A stretch of DNA of 60,520 nt from Bacteroidota bacterium (GTDB lineage: Bacteria; Bacteroidota; Bacteroidia; Chitinophagales; Saprospiraceae), in assembly GCA_011321935.1 (NCBI GenBank), contig DROJ01000138.1, positions 1 through 60,520 of the forward strand, given 5' to 3'. The notes beneath the pieces are model-generated. The model was not told the DNA's origin. It saw nothing but the letters and a program-made list of their open reading frames with translations, and did not search any database. Of the stretch, positions 11,001 through 16,202 are shown one piece after another. The translations under genes and the position numbers were made by a program. Positions within the stretch are counted from its first letter, which is position 1. The number at the start of each line of letters is the position of its first letter.

Positions 11001-11236
11001 CAGTAAGTCCCCGGTGAAAAAATAGAAATAGCCCAAGGGGAAGCGCTGTTTTCAAATTCCCCGTCGGTGCTGCTCCAAGTGGTGGACGGATAGTATGTAT
11101 TCAGTCCGAGTAGCTGATAAGGGGCGTCGGGGCAGTAGCCTGTTGCTCCAATAATCACCGGGTCGCATTGCCCCACCAATAGAGCAGGCAGCCCGACCAT
11201 TGCAATCAACCAAAGAAAAAGCGCTCGTAAAACCAT
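8066..11236 (-). CDS. N-terminal fragment of split adhesin (signal peptide, thrombospondin-type-3-like Asp repeats, Ig/PKD-like modules)
   Basis: ORF 8066-11245, with ATG at 11234-11236 giving MVLRALFLWLIAMVGLPALLVGQ. Recurrent module ends of the form V.V.W...G...V.V....C. The last 9 codons and the stop are encoded by the inserted repeat. No sorting domain. Confidence 0.8.
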   Translation of the reverse strand: MVLRALFLWLIAMVGLPALLVGQCDPVIIGATGYCPDAPYQLLGLNTYYPSTTWSSTDGEFENSASPWAISIFSPGTYCVETVDAQGCNGSACFTVAQGCSGGGDIDNDGYFSGVLASDPLFDPDDLEPCVPDACGAICDFDGDGIANEIDSDIDNDGIPNASDPCDCGFTNTDVYVSDFYFDGCFSPGEEMLFVAELEQPINDPAGLLTEYQWQVSADGTNYVDLENGQNECLVGGSSSDTLLIRCDELNWTHIRIAVNAAACGWEYSEPYIFSNDLVLPIQSTSLCPSSPESCEKVCENSTVTYSVENPEQMPVIWEVNGSVDYTANGNEVTVEWGEAGSGEVKVSILDDKDYLQVDCGQVSQVIDSTNQLGASFIIGNSYAGGIEISENGGLSWSQFYSGEIHVVPSLNVGVYEYQIRDATGNTKSCSVEITTEARYETFANSVGPSSCGEEDGIIFFRGLHNNDFSPIISGSPSHPFFINLINLETGFSRSDTVYLQYQGPGSLVPFTELPAGPYQINYTNLSNGETTTEYITLTCPPDCQQEGQRCIEILKEPKAVFTSVPAAVNNIIDLCKAETVQFTNNSTASSSFIWDFGDGTVSLVKDALHTFYEPGIYEVKLIARNGCYCSDTTSVRVEVSDAEIPEILCLGPVCEGDTATYRSNVVCGNYEWGNSPNGSVISGGGQADDFVTIQWNGGSSGDVSLQVSACTGNICPKTVRQKISIISNQTDIEGQVIVCPNTETEYFIEAVQGADYQWEVPSFGLILEGQGTPKISVRWGDFDGNNASGLIKISYQNCFLGCAGNGELPLQMRPPTLINGPIEICEGSSPSFTHSQVSGYPFVEADWFIYDVHGVEMWASDSPVTGIHPTFDFGAGTYSVRAFPAGESCNGELGLQVEVFALPPPLDTILGEMNICPGQAYNYQVSSNLENATYSWFIRNGIDFYEKTGRSINVKWASSPPYALIVSQEDWNSPGCQSPSFIVYPAPLPGLEISGDASLCRENSAFYETGFYENINYEWSVSPPQAGAITGGQGTAQVEVFWQQAGTATIAVISN

Positions 11237-11452
11237 AGGAAACAAGGATTAAATATTTGTAAAAATAGAAGGGGAGGCCTCGCCTGCGGCGAGAAATAAG
11301 GGCGAGAGAAAAGGATAGTTTTTGTTGGAAAGGGAGATTGGAGGTGGCGTCAAAATCAGCACTGCCACCTTTTATATTATAAAATGGAATGTTTAACGAG
11401 GGTCAAAAAACGAGCCAGAGGGGTATCCTTAAACGTCCGGATTTTTTGGTCA

Positions 11453-11514
11453 GTCTCCTTGCCCTTCCGAAAGAGGGGGAATTAATTCCCCCTCTTTCGG
11501 AAGGGCAAGGAGAC
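11453..11514. repeat. 62-bp perfect-stem palindrome, GGGAAT family
   Basis: gtctccttgcccttccgaaagagggggaattaattccccctctttcggaagggcaaggagac. The same family occurs at 12896-12967, 13068-13107, 13207-13259, 16159-16202, 60108-60140 and 60213-60252. Confidence 0.85.
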
Positions 11515-11566
11515 GGGCTGAAATGTTCCGACTTTGGATGATTGAAATGATACCAAGAGGGGGCAT

Positions 11567-11600
11567 AAAAAAAGCGCAAGCGGAGCAGTTCCGTTTGCGC
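11567..11600 (-). terminator. rho-independent terminator after tRNA-Leu
   Basis: On the minus strand, the stem gcgcaa...ttgcgc is followed by a T7 run, directly 3' of the tRNA. Confidence 0.65.
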
Positions 11601-11605
11601 TTAGG

Positions 11606-11939
11606 TGCCCGGAGCGGGAATCGAACCCGCACGGCCATTACTGGCCACAGGATTTTCGTACCATCTACAACTTTCGCTGCCCCCGCTCCGATCGCTATCG
11701 GGATCGGGTTTGTGGTCTGGACTTTCTCTTCGCCTTGCCTTTCGGTTTAGGCGCCTCCCGTCAAGTCTCTACACCTTTCCCCCCGAGTACTCGGGGGAAC
11801 TTGGCTCGGGATTGCCATCCCGACTCAGGAGTCGGGAAAGGTTTCCCCGAATTTGAGAGGTTCTACTTCCCGGATTTCCCCGGGAGCACTCAAATTGATT
11901 GTTTAAGTCCTGCGTGTCTACCAATTCCACCACCCGGGC
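11606..11939 (-). tRNA. tRNA-Leu: tRNA-Leu(UAA), split by a group I intron (exons 11939-11905 and 11656-11606)
   Basis: The 35-nt 5' exon is GCCCGGGUGGUGGAAUUGGUAGACACGCAGGACUU. The 51-nt 3' exon is AAAAUCCUGUGGCCAGUAAUGGCCGUGCGGGUUCGAUUCCCGCUCCGGGCA. Joined, they give an 86-nt type II tRNA with anticodon loop CUUAAAA, a long variable arm, a GUUCGAUUC T-loop and a 7-bp acceptor stem. Confidence 0.9.
11657..11904 (-). ncRNA. group I intron (248 nt, no ORF) in the anticodon loop of tRNA-Leu(UAA)
   Basis: It starts AAACAAUCAAUUUGAGUG and ends GGUACG (terminal G). Exon ACUU|AAA can pair with intron UUUGAGU, giving a U.G pair at the 5' splice site. Core strings CUCAAAUUCGGGGAAACC, GGCAAUCCCGAGCCAAG, GGUGUAGAGACUUGACGGGAG, AGAGAAAGUCCA and GCAGCGAAAGUUGU match my recollection of the Anabaena tRNA-Leu intron core. 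Confidence 0.85.
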
Positions 11940-11993
11940 GGGTCGTGGTTTTGTACCGCTAAGGTAAAAAAAAAGCCCTCTCTTCAGAAGGCT

Positions 11994-12069
<76 letters not shown>

Positions 12070-12101
12070 ATTATTTTTACCGCTCTTCTTTTGAGCGGCT
12101 G

Positions 12102-12109
12102 CAAATATA
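12102..12109 (-). promoter_or_regulatory. candidate Bacteroidota -7 box (TAnnTTTG) for the tRNA-Gly/tRNA-Leu unit
   Basis: The minus strand reads TATATTTG about 33 nt upstream of the tRNA-Gly 5' end. This is a consensus match only. Confidence 0.3.
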
Positions 12110-12221
12110 CGGTTGTTTGAAATAATATGTCAAAATTTTTCGGGGTACTTTTTTTGAAAATTTTTCCACAAGCACCTGCCGTGCAAAAGGTACAAAGCAG
12201 GGGCGGGTATAGTTCCCGTTT

Positions 12222-12845
12222 TTATTTTTTTAGTTCGGCCAATACATCTTCCGAAGACAAAATGTCAGCCCCCATTTTTTTTAGTTTTATCAGGGCTTCG
12301 CCCAAATTTTGTTGGTCGGGGCCTTTGGTGGCATCTTCGATGATGGCTGTTTGATAGCCCATTTCAATTGCATCGGCGGCGGTGTTCACGAGGGCATTGC
12401 TTTCGTTGAGACCTGCGAGGTACAGCTTTTTTATTTTGTTTTTTTGAAAATGGGCGTTCAGGCCCGTATCCCGTTTTTTGTTTTTACCAAAAAAAGCAGA
12501 GTGGGGGAGGCATTGGTGGTCAGTGCCCATCAAGGCCGTAAAGTGGATTTTTTCTTGGTTCAAGTTCATCGGATGCTCTGCGCCGAAGCTGCCTTTTATG
12601 CAGAAATAATGTTTCAATAAAATCTTTTCGCCCATCAGGTCGAGTACCTGCCCGGGGCGACGCCAGGGGTAGTTGGCAACGAACATTTTGTGATTTGCCG
12701 GCAGGCTGAAATTGGCGGCGGCAAGGTGGCCGAAATGTGGCAACAGGCGGTTGATGACGGGGATTACCTTTTCGCTTTCGGGTATCTCCGCAGCACCGAG
12801 GGGCAACAGGTCAACTTGTAGGCCGATGAATAGGAGTGCTTTCAT
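12222..12845 (-). CDS. isochorismatase/nicotinamidase (PncA)-fold protein lacking the canonical catalytic residues
   Basis: ORF trimmed to ATG 12843-12845 (MKALLFIGLQVD...). It is collinear with PncA (ALL..LQ.D, PANH..F, SAFF, GL.....V..A.DA...GY), but the Asp/Lys/Cys triad positions read Gly/Met/Ala. Confidence 0.65.
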   Translation of the reverse strand: MKALLFIGLQVDLLPLGAAEIPESEKVIPVINRLLPHFGHLAAANFSLPANHKMFVANYPWRRPGQVLDLMGEKILLKHYFCIKGSFGAEHPMNLNQEKIHFTALMGTDHQCLPHSAFFGKNKKRDTGLNAHFQKNKIKKLYLAGLNESNALVNTAADAIEMGYQTAIIEDATKGPDQQNLGEALIKLKKMGADILSSEDVLAELKK

Positions 12846-12895
12846 TGGTAAGCTGTTCAAATAATAGAATGATAAAACCTTGCTCCACTTTTGAG

Positions 12896-13356
12896 CCCCC
12901 GTCTCCGTGCCCTTCCGAAAGAGGGGGAATTTATTCCCCCTCTTTCGGAAGGGCACGGAGACGGGGGCTTGGGGTTCGATATTTTTTCTAAAAAACTAAT
13001 TTCGGGTCAATTTCAAAAGCCGATCTTCGCCCCTCTCGCCGCCGATTTTTCGCGAAGCGCAGCCAGGAATAAATTCCCCCTCTTTCGGAAGGGCACGGAG
13101 ACGGGGGTTTGGATTCGGTGTTTTTTCCAAAAAAACTGATTTTTGATTAAATTCAAAAGCCGATTTTCGCCCCTCTCGCCGCCGATTTTTCGCGAAGCGC
13201 AGCCAGGAGAGAGAGGGGGAATAAATTCCCCCTCTTTCGGAAGGGCACGGAGACGGGGGTTTGGATTCGGTGTTTTTTCAAAAAAAACTGATTTTTGATT
13301 AAATTCAAAAGCCGATCTTCGCCCCTCTCGCCGCCGATTTTTCGCGAAGCGCAGCC
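12896..13356. repeat. 3-unit tandem array (140-170 bp units): GGGAAT-family hairpin + spacer + copy of the last 52 nt of ribH
   Basis: tcaaaagccgat(c/t)ttcgcccctctcgccgccgatttttcgcgaagcgcagcc occurs at 13013-13064, 13153-13204 and 13305-13356. The last copy is the real ribH 3' end. Each copy is preceded by ...ggaagggcacggagacggggg(t/c)ttgg(a/g)ttcgg.... Confidence 0.85.
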
Positions 13357-13820
13357 ATGCGGATGGCACTCACTGCGGCCTCCACGCCTTTGTTGCCGTG
13401 CTTGCCGCCTGCCCGGTCGAGTGCCTGTTGGTGGGTGTTGGGGGTGAGCAATCCAAAAATGCAGGGGATGCCCAATGCCAGTCCCAAACCGGTGAGGCCA
13501 GTGGCCACGGCATGGTTGATATACTCGTCGTGCTTGGTCTCGCCTTTGATGACTGCGCCGAGGCAGATGAGGGCGTTGAGCCTTTTGCCGGAGGCGAGTG
13601 TTTTTGCACCGAAGGGCAGTTCAAAAGCCCCCGGTACTTGGGCAACAAATATGTTTTCCTCTTTTGCGCCATGCTTGACGAGCGTTTCAAAACAGCCTTC
13701 GTAAAGGGCATGGGTGATGTCGGCGTTCCAGTCGGAAACGACAATCCCGAAGCGCATGTCTTCGGCGGAAGGGATGTTTTTTTCGTTGTAATCGGAAAGG
13801 TTTTTTAATGCGGAAGCCAT
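13305..13820 (-). CDS. ribH: 6,7-dimethyl-8-ribityllumazine synthase
   Basis: ORF trimmed to ATG 13818-13820. RFGIVVSDWNADIT, QVPGAFELP, LICLGAVIKGETKHDEYI and AGGKHGNKGVEAA are typical RibH motifs. The C-terminal 16 codons lie in the tandem repeat. Confidence 0.9.
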   Translation of the reverse strand: MASALKNLSDYNEKNIPSAEDMRFGIVVSDWNADITHALYEGCFETLVKHGAKEENIFVAQVPGAFELPFGAKTLASGKRLNALICLGAVIKGETKHDEYINHAVATGLTGLGLALGIPCIFGLLTPNTHQQALDRAGGKHGNKGVEAAVSAIRMAALREKSAARGAKIGF

Positions 13821-13823
13821 AAT

Positions 13824-13892
13824 TTGACGGTTGACGGTTGACGGTTGACGGTTGACGGTTGATCCCGAAGAACTTCGGGAACGGTTGACGGG
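13824..13892. repeat. (TTGACGG)x5 heptamer array plus small hairpin in the ribH 5' region
   Basis: Five exact ttgacgg units (13824-13858), then ttgatcccgaagaacttcgggaacggttgacggg. Confidence 0.8.
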
Positions 13893-13899
13893 CACAAAA

Positions 13900-13935
13900 A
13901 TAAAAAAAGGCAAGACGAATGGTTCATCTTGCCTT
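13900..13935 (-). terminator. rho-independent terminator after the TPR gene
   Basis: Minus strand: aggcaaga...tcttgcct stem followed by TTTTTTT, 25 nt past the stop at 13959. Confidence 0.65.
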
Positions 13936-13958
13936 TTGTATTTATTTTTTTGAAAAGC

Positions 13959-14651
13959 CTATTTCAGGCTGACAATAAACTTGGATGCTTCCCTCGCTTC
14001 GGTGGAAGAGGGGTAGTCCTTTTTGATGCGTTCCCATGCCTTGAGGGCTGCATCGGTTTTGCCCAGTTTTTCGCTGAGCATGGCCACTTTTTTCAGATAA
14101 TAAGGCGTCAGTAATTCGTTGTCTCCGGCGCTGACCGCTTTGTTGTAGAGGCTGAGGGCTTTGTCGAGGTCGCCTTTTTCGGAATAGGCATCGCCGAGCG
14201 TTCCCTGTTTCATGATGGGGAGGAGTTCGCCGTCCGCATCGAAGTCTTCGAGGTAGGAGATGGCAGCATCGTACTCACCGCGGTTGAGGGTGGAAACGCC
14301 TGCGTAGTAGAGGGCTGCATTGGCCGCATCAGTGCCGCTGTAATTTTTTACAATGTCGGCAAAACCGGGATAGCCTCCTCCGGGGTTGGCCAGTGCGAGG
14401 CCGAACGAATCGCGCTCAAACTGGTATTCTGCCTCCGACATCTGCTCTACCACTTCCATTTGGCGTGGCTTGAGAATGAAATTTTGATAGAACAAATAGC
14501 CGCCTACCAATAAAGCAATGGCAGTGGCTGCGGCCAAGATTGTTTTCTGGTTGCGCTCAAAAAAGTCTTCCGCTTGTCCGGTTACTTCGGTGAGGTCGAG
14601 GAGTATTTCATCCTCCTTTTTATTCTTTTTTCTCTTTTTACGTTTTGCCAT
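13959..14651 (-). CDS. membrane-anchored tetratricopeptide-repeat protein (YfgM/YbgF-like)
   Basis: 230 aa. Basic N-terminus, one TM helix (ILAAATAIALLVGGYLFY) and TPR-like helices (AALYYAGVSTLNRGEYDAAISYL, GDAYSEKGDLDKALSLYNKA). Confidence 0.7.
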   Translation of the reverse strand: MAKRKKRKKNKKEDEILLDLTEVTGQAEDFFERNQKTILAAATAIALLVGGYLFYQNFILKPRQMEVVEQMSEAEYQFERDSFGLALANPGGGYPGFADIVKNYSGTDAANAALYYAGVSTLNRGEYDAAISYLEDFDADGELLPIMKQGTLGDAYSEKGDLDKALSLYNKAVSAGDNELLTPYYLKKVAMLSEKLGKTDAALKAWERIKKDYPSSTEAREASKFIVSLK

Positions 14652-14893
14652 TTAAGTACCTTTTTTAATGTTGAAATTAGGGTGCAGGAAGCCAAAAAGG
14701 CGATGAGAAAATTATTCGCCAACTGGCCTCTGCCATCATTTTGCTACCACTATTACGGTAGGTTTTTTGAAAAGTGGCGCAAAAGTAAGGAAAGTTTGAA
14801 TGGTGTGGGAGAAAAAATAAACAGGCCGGAAAATGTCATGGAGTTTAGACATTCCATCCCGATCAATTCGGGATGGAAGCTAGTATCCCAAAA

Positions 14894-15982
14894 TCAATCC
14901 CTCATAAAAGGATAATCTTTCTGCATATAATTGTCGGCATAAAGTTCCGAGCCATCGGGAAAAGCCGATTCCTCCGCAAATTTCACTGCTGCCGCAATCT
15001 CCTCTTTGATCTTTGCCTTGATGGCCAATATTTCATCCTGACTGGCAATTTTATTTACAATAATATTTTTTTCGGTCACTTTTATAGGGTCGAGTTCCAT
15101 GTATGATTTCAGTTCTTCCCGTGTGCGGTAAGTGCCGGGGTCGGAGACAGAGTGTCCCTTGTAGCGGTAGGTTTTTATTTCCAAAAAATAAGGGCCTTTG
15201 CCGGAGCGGATGTGTTTTGCCGCTTTTGAAACGGCCTCGTGGACGGCTTCTGGCCTCATTCCGTCAACAGCCTCGCTGGGCATGTCATAGGCATCGCCGA
15301 GTTTATAAAGGTCTTTGATGTTGCTGGTTCGTTCCACCGAAGTGCCCATTGCGTAATGGTTGTTTTCGCAGATGTAAAGCACGGGCAGTTTCCAGGTCAT
15401 GGCCATGTTGAAAGATTCGTGCAGGGAGCCTTGCCTTGCCGCCCCGTCGCCGAACATGGTCACGCAAAGGTTGCCGGTCTCTTTGTATTTTTCGGCAAAT
15501 GCGATGCCCGTGCCGATGGGTATCTGTGCGCCGACGATGCCGTTGCCGCCGAAGTAGCGGTTCTCTTTTGAAAAGAAGTGCATTGAGCCGCCCTTGCCTT
15601 TGTTGATACCTGTTTTTTTGGCGTAGAGTTCGGCCATGCAGGCCGCCGTGCTGCAGCCCCGTCCGATGGCAATGCCGTGCTGCCGATAAGCGGTAACGAT
15701 GGCATCTTCTGGCGTGATGGCCGATTCTATGCCCGTGCCGACGGCCTCCTCACCTATATATACGTGGAGGAAACCCCTTATTTTTTGTTGACTGTAGCCC
15801 ATCAAAGCCTTCTCCTCAAAGCGGCGGATGCGGAGCATGGACTCGTACCAACTGAGGTACTGCTCTTTGCTGTATTTTGCTTTTTTTGTGGTTTTCTTTT
15901 TTGTTGCCCTTTTAGTGGGCCTTGTTTTTTCAGCTACCATTCTGCGTTGTTTTTTTAAATCCATCTCCGCCCCCCTTGCCAT
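14894..15982 (-). CDS. pdhA: pyruvate dehydrogenase E1 component alpha subunit
   Basis: RRFEEKA...YSQQKIRGFLHVYIGEEA, GKGGSMHFF, the GGNGIVGAQIP..G TPP-binding motif, and YRYKGHSVSDP. The exact start is uncertain (15982, 15964 or an internal Met). Confidence 0.85.
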   Translation of the reverse strand: MARGAEMDLKKQRRMVAEKTRPTKRATKKKTTKKAKYSKEQYLSWYESMLRIRRFEEKALMGYSQQKIRGFLHVYIGEEAVGTGIESAITPEDAIVTAYRQHGIAIGRGCSTAACMAELYAKKTGINKGKGGSMHFFSKENRYFGGNGIVGAQIPIGTGIAFAEKYKETGNLCVTMFGDGAARQGSLHESFNMAMTWKLPVLYICENNHYAMGTSVERTSNIKDLYKLGDAYDMPSEAVDGMRPEAVHEAVSKAAKHIRSGKGPYFLEIKTYRYKGHSVSDPGTYRTREELKSYMELDPIKVTEKNIIVNKIASQDEILAIKAKIKEEIAAAVKFAEESAFPDGSELYADNYMQKDYPFMRD

Positions 15983-15987
15983 TTTGC

Positions 15988-16055
15988 AAAGAACTGTTCA
16001 TGTGAGAAGTACTACTTAAAAAAGCCGCCTTCACGTGAACAGGTCTTTACAAGAT
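15988..16055. repeat. partial copy of the GTTCACGT/CTTGTAAAGA palindrome family
   Basis: aaagaactgttcatgtga...tcacgtgaacaggtctttacaagat. Related to the cores of 23390-23585 and 42488-42612. Confidence 0.65.
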
Positions 16056-16158
16056 GACAAGGGGAACGTTGCCGGGGTAGTTAATTTTTGCGTAGAAATG
16101 CAAAGGTCGGTAATTAATCTTCGTCCGTTCCGAAGGAAAGGACGATAATTTAAAGTTA

Positions 16159-16202
16159 CGTCTCCATGCCCTTCCAAAAGGGTGGGAATTTATTCCCACC
16201 CC
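16159..16202. repeat. GGGAAT-family hairpin (gggtgggaat variant) containing the stop codon of the downstream CDS
   Basis: ctccatgcccttccaaaagggtgggaatttattcccaccc (16162-16201) is identical over 40 nt to 60213-60252. The stop (16190-16192) sits in the palindrome centre. Confidence 0.85.

Larger units (their letters stand above)
4131..11236 (-). pseudogene. T9SS (type B CTD) giant adhesin gene, ~2,300 codons, interrupted by a 116-bp repeat insertion
   Basis: The upstream ORF has the only signal peptide and the downstream ORF has the only C-terminal sorting domain. The downstream frame is open right up to the insert. Removing 7978-8093 (116 nt, 3n+2) joins the frames as ...VEVFWQQAGT-HLNGCGSEADF... 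Confidence 0.75.

Noticed and set aside
12896-13356. Possible CRISPR array (also considered for 54296-54530 and 50465-50818)
   Set aside because: The units are 140-170 bp (or mirrored palindromes) with no short constant repeats alternating with unique spacers. There are no cas genes in the window.
13821-13958. FMN riboswitch upstream of ribH
   Set aside because: The leader consists of the heptamer array and a small hairpin. None of the conserved FMN-element strings are visible by eye.
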